Source: Vicugna vicugna (Eukaryota). Taken from it: 64,000 bases of DNA. Where the stretch lies: assembly GCA_013265495.1 (NCBI GenBank), contig MU058444.1, positions 868,001-932,000 on the forward strand. The letters run 5' to 3'. Shown piece after piece: positions 11,623 to 24,190 of this stretch. Numbering within the stretch: position 1 is the first letter of the stretch; the number at the start of each line of letters is the position of its first letter. The notes below the pieces were generated by a model. The model was not told the origin of the DNA. It saw only the letters and a list, made by a program, of their open reading frames with translations, and ran no database searches. Made by a program: the position numbers and the translations under genes.

Positions 11623-12559
11623 AAGAACTACTAGAGACATCCCCTGACTTTTGGGGTTTTTTTTGTTTGTTTATTTATCCGGCGTTTGCAGATGGGTGTG
11701 TATAATGTTGTTTATTTAGCTTCCAAAAAATGAAGCTGAACTCTGAAGGCTGACTCAGGAGAATCCAGGAAGAGAAAGCTTAGGCAGGTCTTTGTCAATC
11801 CTGAGTAAAAAAAAGCTTCCCTAAGCACCCTTCTACTTCCAAGCAAAGTTAGTGCACTTGTGGGAATCTGAGATCTTTCCAGCGGCAAAAATAAACACTG
11901 CGTTAGAATTTGAAAGCTACGGGTGCTCCGGAACCCAGCTGGTCCCATGTTGTAGGACTCTGTCCAAAAATAAGTTCTCTGCTTGATTATGTGCGGAAAG
12001 AGCGTGCTCAGTAAGAAAGTAAAAGAGAAATAGGGCCTTATTACTAAATAAGACCCCTCCCTGTGTTACTCGCTAACCATCGCTAGCAGTTTTTATGATA
12101 GGTGTAGAGTAAGGCTTTTGTCTCATCTAGACTTGATAGACACCCTTGGCCATCAGGACTGTTACTTTACCTGTGTTCCTGGTGGGGAACATGGGGTTTA
12201 GAGCTTGGAAACAACATGACTGAGCGGGGCTTACAAGCAAGATGTGCCGGAACCGAAGTCCAGACTGGGCCATCTTTCCCACTCTGTCAGTGAGCCAACC
12301 TGTGATTTGTCATTTGCCCTTAAAATAACTCAACTTCCCCATTCCGCGTAACTGAAGACTCCTTTTACAGGTCACCCTTACTGTTCCCTTTAGACCGCAT
12401 ATTCCAATTTTTCAACTATTCTTTGGGGCACACTCTGCCCCCAGACCTTACTCAATCCAGTAATTGTATAGCTAGTTTTATAATGTGAATTCAAAACTTT
12501 AAATTTATTGTATGGGGTTTAATCATGTTCATGTTGATTAATTATTTCATCACTCTGAG

Positions 12560-12750
12560 ATAACTGGGAATATTGATTCTGGCGTCTTCTTTATGCTGTT
12601 GTTCAGTTCTGCAGGCTGAATCAATGCCTTTTCTATTTATTCACCCAAGTAGTCGTTAAACACATTGATCAGGACCCGGCCAAGACGGAGCCCTTTGGCA
12701 CAGCATGAGTTACAGCCCATCAAGATGACCTGTTCCATTCACTGGCGTTC
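12560..12750 (-). mobile_element. CR1/L3 LINE relic
   Basis: GGACCCGGCCAAGACGGAGCCCTTTGGCACAGCA resembles the antisense CR1 RT (GVPQGS-region) relic; recognised by eye. Confidence 0.45.
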
Positions 12751-13939
12751 CTGGAGTAGTAATATCATGATAAAACATAGTTCAGGAATAGTTTAGATGC
12801 TGGTCAAAGAGTAATTTGCTTTAATTTCACCTGCATTTGAAGCCACGCATGGAAATACGCCTCTGCAGTCAGACTGTTGAGTATATGTTCTCTCCATTAA
12901 GGGTTTATCTTTTTTCCTACAAATTTCTCTACAAGAGTTACCCAGTACATCCTTCCAGATGGTCGTGAATGATTATGTTTTAATGTCATTAATGTAAACG
13001 GATGGCCTTTATATATTCTTACATTTTGAACTACAGTTTAGACTGGGGATGTACATATATTGAAGAGCAGCCGATAGAAACAAACCCTGGAATTATTTTG
13101 CTATGAAAGTGATCCCCCCATCCTCTAACTAAAGGAGATTAAGGGAACTGAAACATTATTAGACTTTGGGCAAATGTCATTTTCATTTGGGATTTATAAA
13201 ATGAGTTGGAGCTGGGTAGTTTGGTCCTTTTCATGAATTTGATAAAGATGGGTGATTCTGTTGGTGACCCGTGCGTGGAGATGAGACATTGATCCCCACC
13301 CTCTGTGACTGACTGTACCACCGATGCATGTAGCCCTTCGCTTGCTTTGACCCGTACTACTGGGCCATTTTGTTATATGTTACTACGAAGCTAGCTTAAA
13401 ATCTTTTAATAAGATTGGATGCCGAAATTAGGTATCAGATTGCCATTGGCAGCTTGAGTATTACAGTCAATTTTTAATTTAATAGTAGCTTCTTTAATGT
13501 TTTAATTGTCACCTTAAATTTCTGGTAATTGAAGTTAAACATAATCTTGGCAGCTAAGAATTTGAAGAAAATTTGATTATGATTTTCCATTGTGCACCAT
13601 ACCCCATGGTTTTATAAGACAGGGATGTTCTGAAACATCTTTCATTAAACACTTTCTCACCTTCTTTAAGTAGATGTTTTGATGTATATCATCAAGTCAG
13701 TCCTCCCGCCACTAAAAAAGTGATTTGAGGCATTCTTTTCTCAATATTTGAAAGACTGTAAAATGTTCCTTAATGAAATTTGCTAGCCATTGAAGTTATG
13801 TCAGAGAACTGGTTTTATAATAGCATATAAACCAGAAAAAAAGACATTTGAAATTACTTACGAATTGTACATTAATTTTTTACTAAATTCCTTTGTTTTA
13901 CATTTTTTAAGGTTTACAACAAAGACAATCTTATGTGTC

Positions 13940-14368
13940 TGTATATTAGCTTCCTAGTGCTGTGATAACAAAATACCACCTATTTTGGCTTAAAACAATA
14001 GAATTTATTCCCTCAAAGATCTAGAGGCTAATAGTCTGAAATCGAGGTCTCCTCAGGACTACGTTTTCTCTGAAGGCTCTAGGGGAGAGTCTGTCTGTGA
14101 TTTTCTCTTAGGTCTGGTGTTCCCAGAAATCATGGGTATTCCAGTCTCTGCCTCTCTACTCACTTGGAGTTCTTCCTATGCATTTATGTCTTGTCTCTCC
14201 TTTAAGGACAGTCTTACTGGACTAGGACCCACTCTAATAGAATATGACTTCATCTTAAGTTGACTACTTGTGCAAAGAAGAGCTTTTTCCAAATAAGATC
14301 ACATTCACTGGTACTGAGGGTTTGGACTTGAACATATTTCGTTGAAAGGCACGGTTGAACCCATAACA
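13940..14368 (-). mobile_element. MaLR solo LTR (MLT1 family)
   Basis: Starts TGTATATTAGCTTCCTAG..GCTG..ATAACAAAATACCAC..GGCTTAAAACAA, contains TTTCCAAATAAGATCACATTCAC and ends CCCATAACA, typical of antisense MLT1. Confidence 0.85.
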
Positions 14369-15074
14369 TCATTTAGTAGTTGAATAAAAACAGCCTACGA
14401 CAGAAGTTGGGAATAAGAACTCGGAGACCTTGGTGACTCTGACCTTTTTGGTATTATCTTTCAGTCAGAGTCCTGATGTGGGGCCATCTGCTTGCATAAG
14501 AAGCCATCATAACCTCAGACAGTCATTTAAGAAGGCTGTAACTTCTCCTTGGAGTCTTTTCCCACTGACCAGGCCTTTTCATCGAATCTTCTTTGATCAG
14601 AAACCATAAACAAATTGAGACTAGGTTTGGCTGCTTGCTTAATACTGCAGTTGCCAAAACAGGGAATGACATTGCAAATGGGATGACAGAAAACACTAGC
14701 TTTTTTTGAATCCTAAAAGACTCTGTGACCAAATGTTTTTGTATCTTTAAAGTAATTATACTGTAACAGATTGTTAACATGTAAAAGAGCAATAATAGAA
14801 TAAGGATGATTATGGTAAAGGCTAAACACTGTAAGGGCATGGACTTATTTATTCCTTAGAATGACCTAATGCCATGAACAGGGCTGTCAGCCTTCTCTCT
14901 GCAGGTGACCAAGCTGAGACTTGTGGACGTTGGGGTCCTTTGTCCAAAGAGCTTCACAATAATTGGGGAAGCAGGCTTTGAACCTCCCAGTGTGACCCTG
15001 CACACAGCTGTCACCCTCCCTGCTATACGATCTTTTTGTTTTTTGTTTTCTATTCAAGGCCTGTTCTCACCCAT

Positions 15075-15968
15075 ACAATTTGTTTTGAGATGATTGTAGA
15101 TTCACTTGCAGTTGAGATTGTAGATTCCTTGTATCCTTACCCAAGTTCCCTCAGTGGTAGCATCGTGCAAAACTGTAATTCTCTATCACACCCAGGACAT
15201 TGATATTGACACTGTCAAGATTCAGAACGTTTCCATCACCGGGAAAATCGCTCTTGTTTACAGCCACGTCCACCCATCTCCTACCCCATCCTTTATTTAC
15301 CTCCCGGCATCCACCAATCTGATCTTTTTTTTTTTAAAGCTGTAATCGGCTTACCATGTTAGTTTCAGGTGTCCAGACAAGTGATTCAGTTATACATATA
15401 TGTACCTATATATTTTTTTCTTTTCAGATTCTTTTTCATTATATATTATTACAAGCAATTGAATGGAACTCCCCGTGCTCTACCGTAGGTCCTTGTTTAT
15501 CTATTTTATATGTAGTAATGTGTGTTAATTCCTGACACATGATCATTTTTATAATTTTGTCATGTCAAGAATATTATATAAAGAAGACTTGGAGAAATGA
15601 AATCATGCAGCGTGTCATCTTTGGGGGTTGGTGTTTTTCACTCAGAGATCCACCCAGGTTGGTGCAGGCGTCAGAAGGTGGTTCACTGTGGTGCTGACGT
15701 GTTCCCTGGTATGCGTGTACCGCAGTTTGTTTAATATTCACCTGATTAAAGGACTTGGAGTTGTTTCCAGTTGGGAGCTATTGTGAATATAGCTGCTGTG
15801 AACATTCACGTACAAGTTTTTGCATGAAGATAAATTTTCATTTCTCTGGGTTCAGTCCCAGGAGTGTGGTTGTTGCCCCGTGTGTTAATTGCATAGTCTG
15901 CATAAGTGCGTAGCGTTAATTGCATTTAGTTTTGTAAGTGAACTGCCAGACTGTTTTTCAGAGTGGCC
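15075..15968 (-). mobile_element. Old L1M 3' region with a younger L1 3' fragment nested (~15325-15535)
   Basis: Antisense L1 motifs (gttgtttccagttgggagctattgtgaatatagctgctgtgaacattc; aactgccagactgttttt). The nested segment resembles the 27525 and 49345 L1 ends. Confidence 0.75.
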
Positions 15969-15984
15969 CAAGAATTGAAATCTA

Positions 15985-16162
15985 TTTTTTTCACATTTTA
16001 TTTTTTATTGTTTCGGGTGTTTTTTTGGGGGCGGGGAGGGGTAGGTAATTAGGTTTATTTATTTATTTACTTATTTATTTTTAAATGGAGGTGCTGGGGA
16101 TTGAACCCAAGACCTCGTGCATGCTAAGCATGCCCTCTATCACTCAGGTATACCCTCCTTCC
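15985..16162 (-). mobile_element. tRNA-Ala-derived SINE (vic-1-like)
   Basis: GGTAATTAGGTTTATTT...GGGGATTGAACCCAAGACCTCGTGCATGCTAAGCATG; GAAATCTA on both flanks. Confidence 0.9.
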
Positions 16163-16792
16163 AAGAAATCTAGGTTTGTTTGTTTTTTTATGTTGTCTAT
16201 ATCTTTTGTATTTTCAAATTTAACCTTTGGAACTTATACTGTCTGCAAATGACCCTAAAAATTTGATATCAAATGCGGTACGTAGTGGTTTTGAGGCCAG
16301 GGTTTGAATCACGTACTTTACAAGGCTGTTTTTCTGAATGGGTCACTTAACTGGCAGGTGGCCTAGCGGTCTGCTCAGCTTTTGTATCATGGCGACATTT
16401 TCTTTTTCTCTCCTCATTAACTCTATCCTGTATGTTAAAAGAACACCCTTCCTGGGGCTTTTAATGGTTATTCGGCAAGCCATGCGTTTTTGCATGTTTA
16501 AAGGCACACCCAATTAATTTTGTTCTCCAGTGAATCCCTTCAAATGTTCAGTGGTTGAACCCTTGAAAGTGCTGTAGTAAGTCTGTAGCTAAACACAGGT
16601 ATTATTTTATTGTAGCCGCCATTTATGTGGGTATAATTACCTCATTCTCCATTCATTAAAATTTGTTTGTAGACAGTTCCTTCACAGGTACCCCTTGTAA
16701 AAAAGCTCTTGTAATAAATGAATTATCACTAGGGCAATGGTTGAAGAGAGCCTCTCCAGTGGAATAGATCAAGTGTGTTTATTTCTTATCTT

Positions 16793-16957
16793 TTTTTTTT
16801 ATTAAGTATTTTTTTTTTTTTGGTGTGTGTGTGTGAGGAGGGGAAGTAACTAGATTTATTTATTTATTGACTCTTTAAGCGGAGGTACTGGGGATTGAAC
16901 CCAGGACCTCGTGTGTGCTAAGTACACACTCTAACACGGACCTATATCCTCCCCCTC
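16793..16957 (-). mobile_element. tRNA-Ala-derived SINE (vic-1-like)
   Basis: Same head and tail. Perfect 13-bp TSD TATTTCTTATCTT at 16780-16792 and 16958-16970. Confidence 0.92.
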
Positions 16958-17667
16958 TATTTCTTATCTTAACTCTTGTACATAAAATCTCAGCTTCAGT
17001 GCTGTTGCATTTTTTCCTACGATGTGTTTTTCTGCATCATATTGGATTAGTCCTATAGTGGTTCACTTTTTTTTTTCTCATTTTCAATTGTTTTTCTTTC
17101 CTCCACAATTAACGCTTCCTCAGTGTCTTCATGGATTTATTTTGCTTTCATCATCCTAGTGACCTCTGTTTTCTCCAGCTTACACATAGTTCAGGAATGA
17201 ATTTCATTTCTTTGCAAAGTACATATTTGCATCGGTAAAGCTCAGAAGTGGATATGGTTTTTTAAAGCACCCTAGGCAATTTAATTTCCAAATAAGTCAT
17301 AGGCGCTTAGCATAGCATGCTACAGGAATTCAAAAGTTAAATTTAAAAAATTTTTAGGATTTTGATGAGCGATCAGCAGTTACCTCCCGTTTTTCACAAT
17401 CACCAATAATCGATGTGATTTTCATGTGATTGCTGGATTTTTGTCCCTTCGTGGGCTGGGATTATCTGATTAAACCCACACCTCACTGAACCTTAGGAGG
17501 TATGTTTTCATTAAATGGATTGAACCTGCCAAGCAAATAAAAACCTTATTTCTTTGCTAAAAATGAGCGTTAAGTGCAAAAACATGTGTTTGATGAACAT
17601 CGGAAAGGTCATTAATTAGTGGTATGATGTCATGCATGAGAGGTGAGCGTAGGAGTTGAACTTGATG

Positions 17668-17879
17668 AAGACTTCTCAGCCTTGGCACTATTTATGTTTT
17701 GGACCAGATAATTCCTTTCTGTAGGTGGCTGTCCTCGGCACTGAAGTCTGGCAGCTTCTACACACTCCATGCCGGTAACATACCTCCCCACAATCTTCAT
17801 CTATAATTAAAAACACCCCCAGACATTTGTCTTGCTTGAGGTGGTGGTGGGATCAAGTTTCCCCTGCTGAGAATCACTG
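17668..17879. mobile_element. MER20 (hAT-Charlie) DNA transposon relic
   Basis: TTCTCAGCCTTGGCACTATT..TTTTGGACCAGATAATTC...CCAGACATT...TGAGAATCACTG resembles MER20 termini. Confidence 0.75.
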
Positions 17880-19692
17880 GACTTGAACAAAATGTCATTA
17901 GCAAACAGGTGGCACCTTATGCATCAATTGAGAAATTTATGAAAGTTTCTGCACTGGACCTCTGGTGTGTGTCAAGAGATTCATTTTAGTTAGGTAATGA
18001 AAGAAACAAATTTTACTTCTTCATACCATGTCTCTCACACTAGCAGACAGCCTGGTATTTCTTCCTCCTCCTGCCCATGGAGGAGTGAGAGCGTGTTACC
18101 CCAAATCTCCACCATAATACCATTTGGGGCGGGAAGACTGCGTTGCTCAGAATGCAAATGCCGCATTTCCTTTCCTTCATGAGTCCTGTCTAGGATTAGT
18201 GACTCTCGTTACATCTTTTCAGGTAAGGATGTAATCAATGGTGATGGCTTCCTGGGTTACCCTCCCAAAACAGGCTTGACTTTTCATAGTCCTGAGACCC
18301 AAAAGGCTGAGTTAAATGGAAAGTTGTAAATTGGGGGGGGGGGCTGCTGTCAGAGATGTTTTTGGTCAAATCAGCCTTTCAGTGCCTCTAGTACATCACA
18401 GAGTTGTACTTGGTTTGAATCCACCCAGTGGAGACCGTGACTTCAAAAGACTGCAAAGTCCCTGATTTGATTGAAATAAGATCCAGTCCAGTATCCCACG
18501 CAGTGAATGAATGAGAGAATGAATAACAACTTTGTGGGCGTTGTGAGGGGTGGGGCGTGAGCTTGGCTAGGCAGATTTTGAGTCCCAAGAGAAATCCGAA
18601 TTGCCTTTGAGGTCCTCCATTGCCTTATCACCTCTGTGCTGTCAAGCCATCAAACCTCAGGAGTTCGTGCTTTGAACCATCACTTGAATGTCCTTGTCAC
18701 GTCCTCACTGGGAGTTTGAACACCGAAATGCTCTTCTGGCTGCTTGTTTCCCCTTCACTCCCCTGACACCGACAGACTGATTGTTTTAAACGCAAGTTTT
18801 GTTGAACACAAAAATCTCCAGTGTCCCTCCATGCCTGGCGCCATTTTATCTGTTCAACTTTACCTCCTCCCCCTAATGAAAGGATCCTGATTTCCAGTAG
18901 ACCAAGGTTTTTCTTTTTGTTTTAATTAACTCCTTATGTCCAAATCCATTCCTGCTCTGTGCTCTTGCTTATGTTTTACATTCTTAGGTGGGGTGAAAAT
19001 ATTCCTTCTTGCCTCCTTACCATATTCCTAGTCATCACCCCAGGTTCAGATGAACCCCACCTCCTGCCCATCACTCTTATTCTATATTGATCTTTACTTG
19101 CATTTATTCTGAAGGCATTGACCACACACAGTACTCATCTTGACCCTTAGCAATATATGTGTTTGTTCAAAGGCGTAACAGACAGTTTCATGTGTTCGTT
19201 TTTGTCTCCTCATCTCATTAATATTTCATCAGTATATATGCCTAACAATTACTCGGTAAAGATTTGTATTAATGGCTGGCCAGGCATTGGTTTTATTCTA
19301 ATTCAATTTTAACATATTTTGACACCCAAATCAAAAAGGCTTATAGAAACTGATCCTACCATCTGTAATCCCAGATTAAAGTTCAGAAGGATGGACTGTC
19401 GGGATGTCACAGAATGAAGATGGGTTTTCTGCCTGAAAAACTAAATTTAGAGGTACATTGGAAAAACAATATCAACTAGCAAGCAGTCTGTAGAAAGAAA
19501 TCTGTTTGGCTGGTTTGTGATGGATATATGAATTATGGGATTAGTCATGCCACTCTGGATTTGAAATGTATGTGATATTGAGCTACTGGGAGTGAAAATG
19601 AGTCAAAGTAAAAATGACAATTGACATGGATTATAAAACATCTGATTACAGCATTCTAACGGATCTTGATTTCCTTTTTTTTAAACACCCAG

Positions 19693-19752
19693 ATACCGCC
19701 CGTCACTGCGCGAATGGACTTTTGAAAGTGCTGTTGTCAGAGATTTGCCAGC
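19693..19752 (+). other. FAM83B: 5'-UTR part of FAM83B exon 2
   Basis: Acceptor ttcctttttttttaaacacccAG ends at 19692, 60 nt before the ATG (context ccagcATGg, with -3 A and +4 G). Confidence 0.85.
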
Positions 19753-20196
19753 ATGGAGACCTCATCAATGCTTTCGTCACTGAATGACGAGTGTAAATCA
19801 GACAATTACATTGAACCTCACTACAAGGAATGGTATCGAGTGGCCGTTGACACGCTGATTGAACACGGGTTGGATGCGTACCAGGAATTTCTTGCCAAGG
19901 AACGAGTGTCAGACTTTCTAGCTGAGGAAGAGATTAATTATATTTTGAAAAATGTCCAGAAAGTGACGCCAAGTACAGCATATGGCCCTGATAATTCCTG
20001 CGACGATACCTCCTCTTCGGGAACTTACTGGCCCATCGAGTCGGACGTGGAAGCTCCGAACCTTGACTTAGGTTGGCCGTGTGTGATGCCCGGACTCTCG
20101 GGGGGCACCCACATTGACCTCCTCTTCCATCCACCTAGAGCACAGCTACTTACAATTAAGGAGACGATTCGGAAGATGATAAAAGAAGCCAGAAAG
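19753..20196 (+). CDS. FAM83B: FAM83B coding exon 2 (aa 1-148, N-terminal part of DUF1669)
   Basis: [31 protein letters not shown]...[21 protein letters not shown]...[23 protein letters not shown] is recognisable as the FAM83B N-terminus. It ends at donor AAG|GTAACA, 444 nt, phase 0. Confidence 0.97.
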
Positions 20197-23100
20197 GTAA
20201 CATTTCTATTTCTAAATGAAAACTTTGAAACATCTGGAAGCACCAGAGTAGTGTATCAGATATATATGTATATGTATGTTAATGAAAGGGTCTTTATGTG
20301 CGTGGACCATGCCAATCACTTTCAGGAAATATACCTCTGGATACGTGCGAAGGTGGTACTTCCCTTGTTTTGCAAATATCTGAGAGGGTGGGGTTGGGCC
20401 CCTGCTGCACATGGAGAATTTCCTTCTCCTTGTAATGTACGTCCACCTGAGAGATCTTCATGTATGAAAGTTGAGATGTGTGGACTGGGAAGGAGATAAT
20501 GATGTGTTCATAGTGTAAATCACTTAAATTTTCCTTAATCTCTGAAAGGAAGTATGTTGTTGGTAAATCTGGTAAAAATTTCTCGGTTCTCAGCAGGACT
20601 GAGCCCTAATTCTCGCTCTGGATATATATAAATAAACCATGAACCATAGGTTATAAATAAACCATAGGTTACTTATTTTCCTCCTGAGTTGTGTGGAAAC
20701 AGTATAAAATCAGGCATGAGAGTGTAAAATTCTGGAGGATGTTCTGGAGGTGCTCAGCATCTGAGGGACTCGGCACTCTTCGTTAAATATTTATGTGGGT
20801 TGATAAACCTCAGACATTCTGTTTTAGAGCTCAGATAAATCTGCAGAAATGTCCTTTTAGTCAATCTAGTAGGTCCTTTGGAAACTACAACCAAATATCC
20901 CGGGCTGTTTATTGAGTTTTAAAATGGATGAAGACAGTTACGATTGTTCACTATGAAGTGTCTATTTCTTCATTACAGAAACGACACAGTATAGAAATTT
21001 AGATCCAAAAGGGAACTTAGGATGCACGCATACACGGCATTGCTTTCTTTCATGTCAACAAGACACAGAGGTGCTGGGAAAAGCATGCTTTTATGAAGTA
21101 CAGACATATTGGACCCTTGAAACCCACATGGACACACAAGTTTGCAAGACAGATAACTAAGAGCCCCCCATTGTAGTTTGTGTCACCTAGGATTACAGGA
21201 CAAAGGTCAAATGCAGGCTTTGCAAAAAGTAAGGTGTTCCCCCACCCTCAGCCTCTTGAGCTCAAATACCCTGACTTTTTACTTTTTAGCCTTGTTAACT
21301 CCTTTAGCAGGATTCCATTAACGGAAGCACTAATCTATTCCAGTTGTTAAAAATTAGTTATGGAGTCAGGCACCCTGGTAGGAGTCCAAGCTTTAATTGA
21401 ACACATTGAACTGTCAGTTCGGTTTTCTGAACTGAACCATGAGAATTTGAAAAACCGGGCCATCCTACGCTCTGTGAACAGACTTTACAGCTGGATTTTG
21501 TAAAACAAGAGAGCAAAAGTCAAGACAATACATGAGTCCCTGTAAAGATGAAACAACAAACGTCCAGCACTAACGTGTGCAGATTTCTGTTTGGGGAGCC
21601 GCGTTCCTGAATGACCGACCATGTTAAGTGAAAAGTACACCAGCGAAGCTTCGCGTTTGCATTTGAACCGTGGTGAGCCTGGTCGTTGGCTTAGTCAACT
21701 TGCACCATAGCTCGCTTCCTGTGGGACACTGCGTTTCCGTGATGCAAAATGAAATTCAGGACCTGCATGAGGTCGTGGGCTCCTGTTCACCGGAAACTGA
21801 ACATTAGCCATGACCTTCTGATGTTTTTTTTTTTTTTTTCTACCTAATGTGGCAGCGCTTTATTTAGGGAGCCTCTAAAACTCGTATCCTGCACCTGATC
21901 GTTGTCTGCTAGGAACTCCCACTTGAATTAGCGAGTTGAAGAACTCAAAGTCCGGGCTGTAAAACCGTATTATCATCTTTTGCTTCTCTTTCACAAAACC
22001 CAAGTGGCATAAAATCAGAAAGAGTTTTCCCTTTATGCATCCTCAGGGTACGTACAGTCCCTTGTATGTCCATATCCAAGGTGAATTCAAAGAAAGAGAA
22101 TTAGTTGAACTTTATAAATTGGGTATGTTTGAAATTCAATATAAATCATAACAGATAACTTAGTGGTTTGGTTTTGTTTTTTCCAAAAGCATTGGAGAAG
22201 GTGTTCGTTTCTAACCAGGTGCAATAAATACTGAGGTCAAACGGGCTATAAATGCCTGGGGTGTATATTCCTCAAGTATTTTAGAAATTGCTTCCTATGT
22301 CACTATGTTTGTTGGAAGATTTTTGAAGGCTCCAGCACTCCAGGGAAGAAAAAGTTACTGACCCCATTTTTACAAAATTTGAGACTATTCAGCTCACAAC
22401 CGAGCAAGGTTTTGCAGAAAATGTTAAAATAGGAAGAACAAATATTATTATGAAATGCCAGCTTAGGGGAAGACATTGCCTTTTTAACTTTCTCTCTGCT
22501 GTTTGTGACTATTATTCACTCAGCAGATAAGTCCGGGTCTTATAAACCTTCGGAATCAATGGAAGCTTATTTTGATGATAAACTTCCTGTTCTTGAACAA
22601 TCTTCAGAGGACAGATTCTCTTTCTTGGCCAATCAGTTACCATGGCATTGTAAAGAGGATGATCTCTTTTCTTTTCATAAAGGGCTTGGATAATGTTCGT
22701 TTTAATGGCTAGGGTAAAGATTCCCGCCTCCACGTTTCGCAGGGAGAGTCGTTTGTCAATCCACATTGTGGAACTCTTTGGAGAGATGAGGTCCTAACAA
22801 GCAGCGCTATAGGAACCAGCAAAGAAGAACCCAGGAGACCGTCTCAGAGAAGAATTTAAATTCGTTTTCCACTGTTGTGTTCGCAGTTGAGATAAGGTGC
22901 CTATGAAATTAAATGTCATATAGTGGAAAAATCTTAAAATATTGAAAAGAATCCAAAAGCAATCTTCTTAGCGATCCAGACATTTGAAGTCTGATCATAA
23001 CCAGCAAATTCCCCTTCCAGGCCTCTGGGAGAGGAAATAAAAGTGGTACGCCGTCTCAGCTCTCTTGATTGGAAATACTTTGTTTTTGAATTTCACTGAT

Positions 23101-24013
23101 GTATATGCATTTACTTACCTAGAGTCATATAATCTTTATAGTATTTCAAAAGTCCATGGATTTATTTTTATTTATTCATTTTGTTTTTTGCCAGTTGTCA
23201 CTTAGAAGTTGTTTACACTTTTTAATTTTTTTTCTTTTGTTTCCTTTCTCTCCCCCCCCCCCTTTTGTATATTTGCTTATTTGGTTATTTCAGAATTTTC
23301 TTTTAGGAAAACCCAATTACAGGTAACATGTTGTGTACTAAAAGCAGATTTTATTTTTATTTACTGGCTCTTTTTCTAAGCTCTTTCTAGTTTTCACTAT
23401 GTGGTTGACATAATTACATTTAGTTCAACTTTATAAGTCTGATAACATCTAACAAGACTTTTCCCAGGCAATTATTTATCTCTCAAGAGGTGTTCCCAAG
23501 ATGATATATGCATTTATTCCTAATTAGTGTGAATACCTCTTATGAAAGGAGCCTTTCTAATTACTTGAAAAAGTCATCTTTCATTAAAGGCATTTTTCTT
23601 CTAGCCACTCAGAGATAGATATCCATGAAGTAATAGTTTCTGATAGTCCTGAATATGGAAGTTTTTAACCAGAATGCTGTTTGCCTCTCTGCTTCCTAAT
23701 TCTAGGCTGGCTTCTTCTCTGAGAGGTGACTGAACTCTTGTGAAATACGGAGTCGGGGAGACACAGAAGCAAAAGTCTAGTGAGAATTAGGGCGCACTAC
23801 TTCCTGAGGTGCTCTGTCCCGCATCTTCTGCACTTAGGTCTTGGTTCCTCCCGAGTTACCATTCCTGGGTGTGGCTGTTATGGCCCAGGGCGTTCTTAGT
23901 AATACAAAGAAACATTAACTACCAGTTGGTCCCATGGCGGCAAAGGGAAGGTGAACTGATGGTGGGGACTCTTCCTGGGATGTGACTTGTGTTATAAAAG
24001 TAGGACTAGATCT

Positions 24014-24190
24014 GGAGTGGGTGGGGGATAGCTCAGTGGTTAGAGCGCATGCTTAGCATGCACGAGATCCAGGGTTCAATCCCCAGTCCCTCCATTAAAA
24101 TAACCAACTAAATAAATACACCTAATTACCTCCCCCCAGCCAAGAAAAACAAAAAAGACCCCACAAACAAAATAAATCAAATATTAAAAA
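24014..24190 (+). mobile_element. tRNA-Ala-derived SINE (vic-1-like) with near-intact tRNA-Ala(AGC) head
   Basis: GGGGGATAGCTCAGTGGTTAGAGCGCATGCTTAGCATGCACGAGATCCAGGGTTCAATCCCCAGTCCCTCCA followed by the SINE tail CCTAATTACCTCCCC and an A-rich end. Confidence 0.92.

Noticed and set aside
24014..24094. tRNA-Ala gene calls for the tRNA-like sequences
   Set aside because: Nearly all copies carry the shared SINE tail and several have TSDs; stems contain mismatches.
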